This document shows, one piece after another, positions 48,512 through 60,919 of a stretch of DNA of 64,000 bases (within the stretch, counting starts at the first letter, position 1; each line of letters opens with the position of its first letter). The stretch spans positions 736,001 through 800,000 of the forward strand of contig OY969706.1 in NCBI GenBank assembly GCA_963702095.1, read 5' to 3'. Source of the stretch: Candidatus Bathyarchaeota archaeon. GTDB lineage: Archaea; Thermoproteota; Bathyarchaeia; Bathyarchaeales; Bathycorpusculaceae. A program made the translations under genes and the position numbers. Under the pieces are notes generated by a model. It did no database searches and was not told the DNA's origin. It worked only from the letters and a program-made list of their open reading frames with translations.

Positions 48512-49285
48512 TTAGTGTTTCTTCATGAGGGTAAATATTGCAACGATCATGGCGACTATGCTTATCCCAAGTGCAAGGACTACCGTTGTGTTATCTGCTG
48601 GTTCACCGTCTGCTCCGACTGCACCGGTTGCTCCGGTTGCGCCTGTTATTCCTGTGGGGCCAGTGAAGTCTGGGACGGCGATTGTTGCGTTGGCTGTTGT
48701 GGTGGAGGTTGAAGCGACAAGAGTATAGGAACCGCTTATGCTTGTGGGGATGATGACTGTGCTGGTAAAGTTGCCTTCCGAGTCAGTTGTGATGTTGTCT
48801 AGGAACGTGTAGGCAGTGGTTGTGGAGGTGTCGTTTAATTGTAAGGTTAGGGTTTGGTTGGCGTTGAATCCGCTTCCGCTGACTGCCATGATGTTGCTGT
48901 CGTCTGGAGTGGCTGATAACGTTGCTGCGCCTGAGATGGTGTATTCGGTGAATGCATCGACGTTTGTTGTCTGCGCGGTTACGTTGTAGGTTCCGTAGAA
49001 TCCTGATGGCAAAGTAACGTTGGCTGTGAATGCGCCTGCATCATCGGTGGTTATGGTCTCGGTGAAGTTGTACAGGTTTGAGTTGTCGGTTTCATTTAGC
49101 ATAAAGAGGGTCAGGTTTTCTGTGGGGTCAAATCCGCTGCCGCTTAAGGTGATGGCGTTGCTGGTGGAGGTTGCGGTTGCCGTCAGGGTTCCTGTTGTGG
49201 CTGCGTTGGCGACTGAGAGGTATGCGATTACTAATACACTGCATAGCATCAGTACGGTGAATGCTGTTTTGTTTTGGTGGATCAT
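48512..49285 (-). CDS. Surface protein with two Ig-like repeats and a short collagen-like stalk
   Basis: Duplicated SGSGF...E/Q.LTL...ITTD..G.FT..V..P; GPTGITGATGATGAVGADGEP; C-terminal TM. Confidence 0.85.
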   Translation of the reverse strand: MIHQNKTAFTVLMLCSVLVIAYLSVANAATTGTLTATATSTSNAITLSGSGFDPTENLTLFMLNETDNSNLYNFTETITTDDAGAFTANVTLPSGFYGTYNVTAQTTNVDAFTEYTISGAATLSATPDDSNIMAVSGSGFNANQTLTLQLNDTSTTTAYTFLDNITTDSEGNFTSTVIIPTSISGSYTLVASTSTTTANATIAVPDFTGPTGITGATGATGAVGADGEPADNTTVVLALGISIVAMIVAIFTLMKKH

Positions 49286-50014
49286 TGGGTTTGCTCCTTG
49301 ATTTTAAGGGTGCCCAAAGAACGGTAATAAGAATTTTTCAAAATATCCTCCCAATAACGACTAAATGCTGCCCAAATTCAGCCCTAATTCCATAGGAGGA
49401 TTTAGTCTAGAAATAGTTGATGAATGATAAACAGGTTAAGTTGAGGTGCCGTTTGGCAAACTGCCCAGCAAACATGAAAGGATGCCCAAAAACGCACATT
49501 TGGGAGCCTAAGCCCCATAGTGCAATAGTCGGAACAGAGCCTTAGCACATCAGCAGGCCCATCTGCCAAACGACTCGTTTCTTTCGGCAAATACTCTACT
49601 TGTTTTTTAGAAAATAAGAATATGTGATTGCAACACAACAATCACACAAGCAGAGGGCAAGGTCACGTATGGTTTTCTCTATTTCCCTTATTTATGGGCG
49701 AACAACATTTTTTTTATTGTTAGATGAAAATCGAGTGCTCTCTGCTCATCTTCTTCTTGCGGGCTTGGTTGGCGGCTGCTTTTTTTGTTCTGCAACGGGT
49801 TTGTGTTGCTTGCTGGTTGTGTAGCAAACCTCGGCAGGACCTTTGGTTCTACTGGTTAGGCTCAATGGATGCAGACGCGAAACAGGCAGAGCAGGCGTTT
49901 GCTGGCGCCCAAACAAACAGGCGCACCGCCACCAACCCCAACAAGCAACCTTCACCTACAAAGAAACGTCACAAACAAAAAGGACAAACAACCAACTTTC
50001 TATAGTTAACGCCT

Positions 50015-50452
50015 TTATTTGGTGGTGCTGCATTTGTGGCAAATTCCATATATATCCATGCGTTGCCCAGTGGGCTTGAATTTTGTGGATGCAGTAACTT
50101 TTCTTGTTATTTCTTTTATCGTCATATCGTCTAAGTCTGTGATGCTGCCGCAGTTCAGGCAAACCAAATTTATGTGGGGACTCATGTATGAATCAAACCT
50201 TGCCTGTCCTTTGGGAAAATTTATTTCCTGAACCAAATCTAAATCCCTAAGGACTTCCAAAGTCTTGTAGACAGTGGCCAAGCTTACAGTAGGATGGATT
50301 TTCTTGACTTTGTCGTAGACTTGTTGGGCTGAGGGGTGGGCTCGGCTGTTGAGTGCAATTCGGCAGATGGCTATTCTCTGTGGAGTTGCCTTGTACCCTT
50401 TACTTCGTAGGGCTTCAATCGCGGAGGCGTCTGATTTAAGAGAGTCAGTCAT
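50015..50452 (-). CDS. Fur/PerR-family transcriptional regulator
   Basis: TPQRIAI, HPSA, SLATVYKTL, H.NLVCLNCG, GICHKC; divergent from katG. Confidence 0.95.
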   Translation of the reverse strand: MTDSLKSDASAIEALRSKGYKATPQRIAICRIALNSRAHPSAQQVYDKVKKIHPTVSLATVYKTLEVLRDLDLVQEINFPKGQARFDSYMSPHINLVCLNCGSITDLDDMTIKEITRKVTASTKFKPTGQRMDIYGICHKCSTTK

Positions 50453-50457
50453 ACAAA

Positions 50458-50471
50458 TTATTAGTTAATAA
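50458..50471. promoter_or_regulatory. Candidate Fur/PerR operator
   Basis: TTATTA-GT-TAATAA inverted repeat between the fur start and its TATA-like box. Confidence 0.45.
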
Positions 50472-50558
50472 AAATTCTTAAATAAACCTTTTGCGTCATC
50501 CTATTGCAGATTAAGAGGAGCTTTTCGAAGATGATAGAAAACCCTTTTTTCACAATAA

Positions 50559-52754
<2,196 letters not shown>

Positions 52755-52928
52755 CAACCTCCCTTCTCACCTCTTTTTTCTTTTAGAGGTATGTCCGAAA
52801 ATCATGCAGGGCTGATTTGAGGGACACGGAATAGCGCCCTTTTGCAGCAAGCTCTTGCCGCTGCTTCCTTTTTTTGGCAGCGCTGTGTTTTTCAATTCCT
52901 TTTTTTGAACGGTTAATCGGTTTTTTCT

Positions 52929-53099
52929 CTTTATGTGGGTGTGGCGTTTTGCGGGGTGCCACAGGACTGTTGTGGGCTGCGTTGTGTTTGGGGGGTGCAA
53001 CAGTTTTTAGCGTCTGTTTCGGTGTGGCGAGATTGTTTTTCTCCACACCCAGTGCATGCTTCCATGCAGGGGCGGTCGGGATGTGTGTGTGAATGCATG
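52929..53099 (-). repeat. Dispersed ~172-bp intergenic element, copy 4 (171 bp)
   Basis: Reverse complement CATGCATTCACACACACATCCCGACCGCCCCTGCATG...CCACACCGAAACA...GTGGCACCCCGCAAAACGCCACACCCACATAAAG. Confidence 0.88.
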
Positions 53100-53275
53100 T
53101 ATTGTTTGTCTTTTAGGCGTGGCAGTGAACGGCAATGAACAGCGCAATGCAAACGACACCAGCATAGCCCATCCAACAGCAACTTAGCCACCTCTCACAT
53201 CCAAAAAACCAGCCCACGCCCTAGACACTTGCATGTCAAATATTTCAAAGCCAAAAAACAACACTAAAAAAAGGA

Positions 53276-53593
53276 TTAGGGCGTAAGCGCTTCATTCACC
53301 GCAAAGCTTCCCACAAAAACGTTGCTTCCTTCACCAAAGCCTCGCCCTCCAGACACATCCTGACCGCCAACAATCAGAAGCGTCAGTGAATTCGCCACAC
53401 CAGACACCTTCCTAATACCCAACTGCGTAATATCTCTAATATCATTGATTGAGTCGCCCCTAACTCTTACCAAAATATCATACGCACCATACAAGGGATG
53501 CACTTCTTCAACGCCGTCAAGCTGTTTTAGGCCTTGAAGAACAGTTTTGGGGGTTTGAACATCTGTGTTTACTAAAACTATTGCTGAGACCAT
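53276..53593 (-). CDS. Lrp/AsnC ligand-binding (RAM) domain protein
   Basis: MVSAIVLVN...GVEEVHPLYGAYDILVRV...IRKVSGV..SLTL. Confidence 0.88.
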   Translation of the reverse strand: MVSAIVLVNTDVQTPKTVLQGLKQLDGVEEVHPLYGAYDILVRVRGDSINDIRDITQLGIRKVSGVANSLTLLIVGGQDVSGGRGFGEGSNVFVGSFAVNEALTP

Positions 53594-53694
53594 ATTCAAA
53601 TTCTCCTTTTCCGCATCTATCCCCCTCCGTATAGTTAAGCCTGTGTTGTTACACACCTGTGCCTACAACCACAAGCACTTGGTAAACGGGTTTT

Positions 53695-54028
53695 CTATAG
53701 GAAGACGATTTGGTTTAGCATTTCCTGTGTTGACTTGGTTTCAGCGATAAGTTTTAGTTTCCTTATACATTCGCTGACTGTGTACTTGGCGATGGACAAA
53801 AACAATGCCGCAATGTCTTCGGTTTAGGGCTAATTTGAGAAAATCAGAATCATGCGTAAAAATAACCGCGCCCTTCTCTGCAGCTACTTCAAGCTGCTCA
53901 TCATCAGTCATACCCAACCTGTGGAGGTCTCTAGCCGAAAAAGCATCCACCCCACGCCTCTTCAACCCCTCAACGATTGCAACGTTAACGCTTTCATCAG
54001 CGTATATCTTGAGCGATTTGATACAGAA
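53695..54028 (-). CDS. DUF5615 PIN-like toxin (frameshifted near both ends)
   Basis: LKIYADESVNVAIVEGLKRRGVD...DDEQL..A.....IFTHDSDFL...H.GI; C-terminus ECIRKLKLIAETKSTQEMLNQIVFL* lies in a shifted frame. Confidence 0.8.
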
Positions 54029-54313
54029 TCATCTGCCTTTCGGGGGTTCGACGAGTTTTTCGATGAACTCTTTATCTTCCTTGATTTTCTTATCCAACTC
54101 AGCTCTGTTCTCGTAGTAGTAGGAAAGTGCATCGTGGACTTGCTCCAACTTCAAATGGGGAAACATAGAGATTATTTCATCTGGAGAGCGATTAAGATAC
54201 TCATACTCAATAACTATGTCTACGATCCTTATTCGAGTTCCAGCTACCACTGGACTACCATTACATATTTTGGGGTTAACTGAAACATAAGGATGCACTA
54301 TCTTGCTTTGCAA
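54029..54313 (-). CDS. DUF433 antitoxin
   Basis: NPKICNGSPVVAGTRIRI...SPDEII..FPHL.LEQVHDALSYY. Confidence 0.92.
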   Translation of the reverse strand: MQSKIVHPYVSVNPKICNGSPVVAGTRIRIVDIVIEYEYLNRSPDEIISMFPHLKLEQVHDALSYYYENRAELDKKIKEDKEFIEKLVEPPKGR

Positions 54314-54628
54314 ATTATGACACTTACAATTAGAGATGACTCTAGAAACTCTTAACTTTTGTTATAAATAGCAAGTTGCCGTCACACCTCTCATTTCCAA
54401 CCAATGCCACCTATCCCTCTATAGGTTATGCAACGAAATTCTTATATGCTCCAAATATGTTGGCGGCAGCCTCATCCCTCTATAAGAAACAACATAGAAC
54501 CACTAATAGAACCAAATATGTTGGTATATTCTTTATTTGAGCAGCTATCGACGCAACTTGAACAACCTATAATAGAAAAAATAAATTTTGCAAAAAATAT
54601 TATGCGCTTGGTTGTATAATTAACAAGC

Positions 54629-55122
54629 ATGGATATCTCACCTATAGTTATTGTAATCCTGCTTTGCCCTCTATTTTGGGTTGTCTTAGTATACATAATC
54701 TCAAAATTGTTTGGGCAAAAATCGCGCGCTCCTTCTCCCTCCTATGGTATTCAATCCCTCACAGAAAAAGGTGAGGTAGTTAGAAGCTTTTCAGAGAAAA
54801 AATAGCCGACTATTTCAGAGCAAACAACATCAGGTACTGGTACGAACAATCTGACGACCCCTCCATTTACCGTCCTGATTTTTACTTGCCCGATTATGAT
54901 GTTTACGTTGAATTCTGGGGACTGCTAGATGCCGACGATCCGTGGACGAGGCAAAACTATGAGCGGAATATGAGGAGAAAAATGGCTATCTACCATAAAA
55001 AACACAAGCGACTGGTGTCCATTTACCCAAGCAATTTAGAGAATCTCGACTGGATTTTCCGTACTAAGTTTAGGTCTTCAACCGGCTTTGATTTGCCAAA
55101 CCAAGGCTTCTTTAGTGGCTAA
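54629..55122 (+). CDS. N-terminally TM-anchored PD-(D/E)xK-like nuclease domain protein (frameshift in the A run near 54800)
   Basis: TM, then TEKGEVVRSFSEKK/IADYFRANNIRYWYE...PDFYLPDYDVYVEFWG...Y...M.RK...Y. Confidence 0.7.
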
Positions 55123-55124
55123 CG

Positions 55125-55892
55125 CTAGAGAAATTCATATTTCTTGCTTACAAACCACATAAAGCCATCAACGGTTGTAAGGTCGCTCTTTGTTTCTTTG
55201 ACTATATCCTGAAATGTTTGATTGACTCGCTTGTAACTTTCTCCGAAGTTATCACTTGGAAAAGTTGCCCTGTGTAATTTTTTGAGCGTATCGACTGTTC
55301 TGCTATTCCAAACGCCATACTTTTCATTATTGAACGTATGGAGCAACGCTGTAACTATTCCTTCGCCAATTCCCGCAACTTTAGCACAACCCTGTAGTGC
55401 ACTTCTAACCCTAACACCAATTTCGATGTTTTCATTCTGCAGAGTAGCAAGCAATTTAGCTATATTTTGAGGGTGTTCTATTGCATTTGTTGCCGTCCGT
55501 TCTAGCATCGTCCAAGAGAAGTTATTCCTGAAGTGAAGCCAGCTTTCAAAATTGCGTTGAAGCGTCTTAAGGTCATTTAATCGTTCGGGCGCAAATTTAT
55601 AGCGATATTCTATGTAGACTTCCTTGCGTTTTTTAACCCATAGATCGACATTTGAAAAAGTTCTTCCAGCACTAATCTCTATTGGGCTAGAAATGTAAAT
55701 TGGCCAAAGTTTTCCAATGAAGGCGTCTGCGGGGGATATTAGCTCCCGAGTACCCTCTTCATCGACCTCTAGGGTATCAATATAGACTTTTTCTAAAAAG
55801 CCTCCGCAGTTGGGGTCAGAGCAGAACATCAACGGTTTAATAACTGTTAACGGGAATTCTTGTGAACATTTAGAGCATCTATACTTTATCAT
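55125..55892 (-). CDS. Zinc-ribbon plus HhH-like domain protein, possibly restriction-associated
   Basis: CSKC...CSDPNCGG; GIGEGIVTALL...KYGVWN...Y...N...DLTTVDGFMW. Confidence 0.6.
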   Translation of the reverse strand: MIKYRCSKCSQEFPLTVIKPLMFCSDPNCGGFLEKVYIDTLEVDEEGTRELISPADAFIGKLWPIYISSPIEISAGRTFSNVDLWVKKRKEVYIEYRYKFAPERLNDLKTLQRNFESWLHFRNNFSWTMLERTATNAIEHPQNIAKLLATLQNENIEIGVRVRSALQGCAKVAGIGEGIVTALLHTFNNEKYGVWNSRTVDTLKKLHRATFPSDNFGESYKRVNQTFQDIVKETKSDLTTVDGFMWFVSKKYEFL

Positions 55893-55913
55893 ACGAGACT
55901 ACTGTTGTTTACT

Positions 55914-56081
55914 TTATATTAGCTCGGATTCTAACTGCTTCACTTGTTTCTTTAGTCCTTCATTTTCTAATTCTAACTCCTTAATCCGAGTGTTCAATCG
56001 GTAAATCTCGTCATTGCAAGCATTTACCTGTGCTTGCATTCGATTTTTAACCACCCAAGACGGGGCTCCACCGTATCCCAT
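55914..56081 (-). CDS. Small coiled-coil protein
   Basis: Absent from the ORF track: MGYGGAPSWVVKNRMQAQVNACNDEIYRLNTRIKELELENEGLKKQVKQLESELI*; GAGG upstream. Confidence 0.55.
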   Translation of the reverse strand: MGYGGAPSWVVKNRMQAQVNACNDEIYRLNTRIKELELENEGLKKQVKQLESELI

Positions 56082-56193
56082 AACTTAGCCTCGCCTGTAC
56101 CTTTAAAATAAGTTGGTTAAGAGTTTTTGGTTCGTTTCCTTTAAATATTAGAACTTTGACTATGCATGTGCAAAAAGAAGGAATATCTTAGAT

Positions 56194-56634
56194 ATGGGTT
56201 CCAAGTCTCCAAGGGGCGAATTCGCCGCAAGGCAGTTAGCTAAGAAACGGAAGAATTTCCGTTGGCACGATCGTTACTTTAACCGACGCATGTTAATGCT
56301 TGACGAAAAAGTTGACCCTATGCAGGGTGCACCCCAAGCCCGGGGCATTGTCCTCGAAAAGGTGGGTGTGGAGTCTAAGCAGCCTAACAGCGCCATCCGC
56401 AAATGCGTCAGAACACAACTCATCAAGAACGGCAGAACCATCAGCGCTTTCCTCCCAGGCGACGGCGCCCTAAACGTCGTTGACGAACACGACGAAGTCG
56501 TGGTTGAGGGCATCGGTGGAACCCGAGGCGGCGCCATGGGCGACATTCCCGGTGTCAGATGGAAAGTCGTCATGGTCAACGGCGTCAGCTTAAACGAACT
56601 CGTTTACGGACGAAAACAGAAACCGGCAAGGTAA
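56194..56634 (+). CDS. rps12: 30S ribosomal protein uS12 (archaeal)
   Basis: [33 protein letters not shown]. Confidence 0.99.
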   Translation: MGSKSPRGEFAARQLAKKRKNFRWHDRYFNRRMLMLDEKVDPMQGAPQARGIVLEKVGVESKQPNSAIRKCVRTQLIKNGRTISAFLPGDGALNVVDEHDEVVVEGIGGTRGGAMGDIPGVRWKVVMVNGVSLNELVYGRKQKPAR

Positions 56635-57243
56635 ATGGTTATGTCACAAACAACAACTTCACCCAGTCCAGCTGAACCACAGGAAATTAAGCTCTTCCAA
56701 AAATGGACTTTCAAAGACATCTCAGTCAAAGACATCGGACTCCAGCGCTACCTCAGCCTCACACCGATGGTGGCTCCACACAGCATGGGCCGCCATGAGC
56801 ACCAGAGGTTCCGCAAAGCCAAAGTCAACATCGTCGAACGCTTAATCAACGGCTTGATGCGCGGCGGCAAAAACGCAGGCAAAAAAGCCAAAGCAACCAA
56901 CATCGTCAAAGAAGCCTTCGAAATCGTCTATTTACGCACAAACAAAAACCCCATCGATGTTTTGGTGCAGGCAGTTGAAAACGCAGCGCCCTGCGAAGAC
57001 ACCACACGTGTCAGTTACGGTGGAGTCGTCTATCACCTCTCCGTCGACGTAGCGCCACAACGCAGAATCGACTTAGCCATCCGCCACATCACTGAAGGCG
57101 CACGGGCATCAAGCATCAACAACCCACGCAGCATCCAAGAAACCCTCGCAGACGAACTTGTACTCGCAGCAGCCAAAGACATCAAATCCGCAGGCATCGC
57201 CAAACGCAACGAAATCGAACGCGTCGCACAAAGCAGCAGATAA
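56635..57243 (+). CDS. rps7: 30S ribosomal protein uS7 (archaeal)
   Basis: PHSMGRH...RFRKAKVNIVERLIN, VDVAPQRRID, ERVAQSSR. Confidence 0.99.
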   Translation: MVMSQTTTSPSPAEPQEIKLFQKWTFKDISVKDIGLQRYLSLTPMVAPHSMGRHEHQRFRKAKVNIVERLINGLMRGGKNAGKKAKATNIVKEAFEIVYLRTNKNPIDVLVQAVENAAPCEDTTRVSYGGVVYHLSVDVAPQRRIDLAIRHITEGARASSINNPRSIQETLADELVLAAAKDIKSAGIAKRNEIERVAQSSR

Positions 57244-57358
57244 ACCAACCATTTTTTCTTTTTCAATTTTATTTTGCTAACACAGTTTCCTATGCGATGT
57301 CTTTTTGGGCACCGGCTGTTTTGATGTTTTATTCCAAATTTTGCCCTTTAATGCAGGG

Positions 57359-58546
57359 TTAGGTTCGGGCATGAATCTCAATGATATCTCCATCGTCTAA
57401 AATAAAATTCAACCCCACCTTCTTGGGGCTAAACGGCAGCCGCTTTGCCCAAACCATCGCAAACATGAAGTTCGACAGCAACTCTTTATGGATGTTTTTG
57501 GCTAACTCGTTAACTGTGGCGCCCTTTCGCAGTGCAAAGGGGTGGTCGCTGTGCACTTTGTTCCCTGGTTCTTTGGTGTAAATCCGAATCATCCCCAAGG
57601 ACTCGAAAATCGCTTTTCCCAGTTCCGGTATGCCCAGTTTGCGTTCACAGGACATGGGCACGATGGGTAATTTGTCGGCTACATACGTCTTGAGCCGCCG
57701 CAGATTAGCAGCGGTGCCAGGCAAATCCAGCTTGTTAGCCACAATCACCGCGGGCTTGTAGATGGTGTTTTCGTAGATGGCGTCCTCCACGTCTCCGAGT
57801 GATACTTCGCCGCTTATGCGGACGATGGCATCGTTGATTCGGTAGTTCCGCAGCAGATCCTCAACATCATGCAAACTGCAGTTTAGCAGTCTACCCACCA
57901 CAATAACACGGAGCCTAGACCCAGCGGGGCGCCTATCAATCTCTACGCGTCCACCAGTGGGTTTACTAACCAAAACACGGCTCTTCTCCAACTCCGCCAA
58001 AATCAACTTCAACTGCTCCACGGGGTCACGGCTTAAATCAAGCATCAGAATTAAGCCGTCAGCGTTACGCGCCAACCCCAACGTGACGTTGCCGCCAGCT
58101 TTACCCTCCGCCGCTCCCTCCATAACAGCGGGCGCCTCCACAATTTGGAACTGCACATCCATAAAATTCATGATACCCGGCACCGGTTCATGGGTGCTAA
58201 ACGGCGTAGGAGTGACAACCACTTTGGAGTTTGTTGTCGTAGACATCAAGCAGCTTTTACCCACATTAGTCATACCAACCAACGCGACCTGCGCCGCCGC
58301 AGCTTTCTCAATGAAAAGTTTCGGTCCGCCGCTGCTTTTGCCGGTGCCCATCCGCTTCTTTTTGTCCAAGTCGTCGCGGATCAACGCGATTTTGCGGTTC
58401 ATTTCGCCCCGAAGCTTCATGGTGCCTTTATGATGCGGAACATACTTCAGGAACTCTATCATGGCATCCATTTTTTCTTTAGGAGTACGGGCAGCTTCTA
58501 CTAGCTCCCACTTATCCATCGCTTCAGGCGGCAGATTCGTCGGCAT
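57359..58546 (-). CDS. DRG/OBG-family GTPase with TGS domain
   Basis: MPTNLP, HKGT, VGMTNVGKS, NKLD, IRIYTKEPG, L.DGDIIEI. Confidence 0.93.
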   Translation of the reverse strand: MPTNLPPEAMDKWELVEAARTPKEKMDAMIEFLKYVPHHKGTMKLRGEMNRKIALIRDDLDKKKRMGTGKSSGGPKLFIEKAAAAQVALVGMTNVGKSCLMSTTTNSKVVVTPTPFSTHEPVPGIMNFMDVQFQIVEAPAVMEGAAEGKAGGNVTLGLARNADGLILMLDLSRDPVEQLKLILAELEKSRVLVSKPTGGRVEIDRRPAGSRLRVIVVGRLLNCSLHDVEDLLRNYRINDAIVRISGEVSLGDVEDAIYENTIYKPAVIVANKLDLPGTAANLRRLKTYVADKLPIVPMSCERKLGIPELGKAIFESLGMIRIYTKEPGNKVHSDHPFALRKGATVNELAKNIHKELLSNFMFAMVWAKRLPFSPKKVGLNFILDDGDIIEIHART

Positions 58547-58731
58547 ATAAACTTCGCTGATACATACGCATTTTCGAGTTTAAGTCTATTTCTAAATCAC
58601 ACACCTTAAAACGTGGGGAAATATGAACCGACCGCTAGGACTAAGTGTTAGGGGTTGAAGCAAACGCATAAAAGCTACGCTAACTAGACTGGAACATGGC
58701 TTTCTACCCAATCTAGCGGCGTGTGAATTGT

Positions 58732-59973
58732 ATGAAGGTTTTTTCGAAAATCGCTTTAGGGTTAATCGTGAGTCTGCTTTGTTCATGTTTCCTTGTACTT
58801 TTTGAACCGACAGACGCAGCAACCTCAGCCCTGCATGTTTCAGGAAACAGAATCTTGGATTACCGTAACAATCAAGTGGTGTTCAGAGGCATCGGCCGCA
58901 CAGGCGATATGGAATCCGCTTCTGGCATGTGGTCAGGCGCCGGCGATGTCAACGTGGTTGCATGGGGACAGAAATGGTTTCCCATATCTGCCAACATAGC
59001 CGATATGGATGCCACTTTTAGATGTTACCAGCAGGTCTGGCACGTTAACATGATACGTATGTTTGTCTTGCCCAGTTGGTACTGGCAAAACAATATTGTC
59101 CCAGCCCAGCAGGACCCCCAGAACTACCCCACCTGGACAACACCGATTAGCTACAGAACATACGTCAAAACCGTGGTGGCGGAAGCCCAAAAATACGGAA
59201 TATACGTTGACCTCGTACCCTTCCAGTTGCTAAGCGGCTACCAAGATGGCAACCAAGGCGGCGCACAGGGACTGCCCCTCTCCGGTTGGGACTCCACCTG
59301 TCAAAGCTTCCTTAAAAGCACGCATTTAAGCGAGAGTAGTTTTTGGCAGCAGTTCTGGAAGCTAATGGCAAGCAACCTGCGGGGCTACTCAAACGTTATC
59401 TTCGAGGCTTGGAATGAACCTGAACACTATGGTAACGACCCAATCACACCAAGCTACCTGAACTATCTCAAAACAATGTATAATGCAGTCCGGGGTGCAG
59501 GTGCCTCTAACCTGATTTTTATGCAGTGGAACACTGGCCACGTCCCAACTTGGAATGACTTAAGCTGGTGTGCACAGATAAAGAACGCGATACCTCGGGC
59601 GACGAATCTGGCGTTCACAACTCACGTCTACCGGCATGCTCCATACTTCAATACTCAGTGGGGAACAACTTACTCAGTGGTTCTGTCGCAGATGCAGACT
59701 GCAGTAAAAAGCATGGGCGTAACAGCGCCGCTTGTGATTAACGAAGCGGGCTCCTGCATGTCATACGTAGCACCTGACGATGTCCAAAATGAACTTGGCT
59801 GGTGGGACGCCATCAACCACGCAGCATACACTCTCAAAACAGGCTTAACCGCCTATTATTGGATGTCAGACACAGACCTTGGACCCGTTTATAGTGGTGA
59901 AGCGTTGTTGTCGGGGCCTGGCCAGCCGGAGCAACTTCGCCTCCAGCGAACAGTTTGGGGCAAATCTTTCTAA
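58732..59973 (+). CDS. Secreted glycoside hydrolase family 5 (cellulase-like); C-terminus frameshifted near 59918
   Basis: Signal peptide, LHVSGNRILD...V.FRG, NMIR, YGIYV.L, NVIFEAWNEP (acid/base), H.Y, PLVINEAG (nucleophile). Confidence 0.85.
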   Translation: MKVFSKIALGLIVSLLCSCFLVLFEPTDAATSALHVSGNRILDYRNNQVVFRGIGRTGDMESASGMWSGAGDVNVVAWGQKWFPISANIADMDATFRCYQQVWHVNMIRMFVLPSWYWQNNIVPAQQDPQNYPTWTTPISYRTYVKTVVAEAQKYGIYVDLVPFQLLSGYQDGNQGGAQGLPLSGWDSTCQSFLKSTHLSESSFWQQFWKLMASNLRGYSNVIFEAWNEPEHYGNDPITPSYLNYLKTMYNAVRGAGASNLIFMQWNTGHVPTWNDLSWCAQIKNAIPRATNLAFTTHVYRHAPYFNTQWGTTYSVVLSQMQTAVKSMGVTAPLVINEAGSCMSYVAPDDVQNELGWWDAINHAAYTLKTGLTAYYWMSDTDLGPVYSGEALLSGPGQPEQLRLQRTVWGKSF

Positions 59974-60203
59974 GCTATACAAATGGTGTGCCAACCTCTA
60001 TTCACAGGTTTGTGGCAACTCTACCATCCCCACCGCCAACTTCACCCCGTATGCCGTTTTTCCCATTCAATCCATGGCCGATAGAAGATGCCCCTAAACA
60101 ATCAGGGCATTTTCCACTGTTATTGTGCTTGTGCCCTTGCAGTCACAAGTGTTTAAACAGGTTCTTGAGTGTTTGTCTGTATGTTATTTTGGAGGTGAAA
60201 CAG

Positions 60204-60488
60204 GTGGTTGAAATAGACGTCCGCAAAGCAGAGCCAGGAACCGACGAAACAACTAACACCAACCTTGACATCAACGAAATCATCGGCAAAGTCCGCAACT
60301 TTGTCGACGGCATCCGAGACATGTCAAGCGGCAACGAACCTATGTCGGTTAGCGTGGAAGGCTTCAACGTAGCGGTGAGCAAGGAACACGGCGAATACGA
60401 GTTTGCCTTAAAATTGAATTTAGTGCTTAAGCCCAAAACAATCGTGGCAGAACCAGAATCTGAAGCCTCTTGTTCCTGTTCTCCTTAG
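60204..60488 (+). CDS. Hypothetical protein
   Basis: GGAGGTG RBS before GTG 60204; MVEIDVRKAEP...LNLVLKPK. Confidence 0.7.
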   Translation: MVEIDVRKAEPGTDETTNTNLDINEIIGKVRNFVDGIRDMSSGNEPMSVSVEGFNVAVSKEHGEYEFALKLNLVLKPKTIVAEPESEASCSCSP

Positions 60489-60709
60489 GGTTTAGAAAAC
60501 TTTTTAGAGGGTGCCCTCTGCATAGTTGGGTAGGAGAGCTAAGTTTGGATAAGAAATGTCCAGTATGCAAAAAAACCTACACTACCTTTAACGCTAAATC
60601 CAAGTATTGCAGTGACGCCTGCGCCAGAAAAGCCGGACGCCCATAACTCTGTGGCAATAGAGCTTAGGCTACAATTTGGGTACTCGCAACTTGGTATTCC
60701 AAGGGAAAA

Positions 60710-60895
60710 CTAGGCTGGGACCTTGGCTTTGCGAAGCGAGGCTTGTTCTATGTCTAAGCATTCGTCGCAGAGGTCAGAGGTCGGTCGATTAGTGCGTTTG
60801 GCTTTAACAACAGCGGGGTACTGTTTGCAGCTTTTCTGCCAATGCCACCTGTCAGGTTCAGCTCCCTTGACATATTCGTCCATTCCATCCTCCAA
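60710..60895 (-). CDS. Small Cys/His-containing putative metal-binding protein
   Basis: WHW...C..YP......RP..DLCDEC. Confidence 0.6.
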   Translation of the reverse strand: MEDGMDEYVKGAEPDRWHWQKSCKQYPAVVKAKRTNRPTSDLCDECLDIEQASLRKAKVPA

Positions 60896-60919
60896 GATGC
60901 CTTATGAAACAAGATGTAT

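Noticed and set aside
49402-50005. Overlapping short ORFs in all frames
   Set aside because: Low-complexity GT-rich/AC-rich DNA; none resembles a protein family and it does not clearly align to the 172-bp element
59955-60488. 177-aa ORF as a single gene
   Set aside because: The 5' part is the shifted GH5 tail plus intergenic DNA; a strong RBS indicates the real start at 60204
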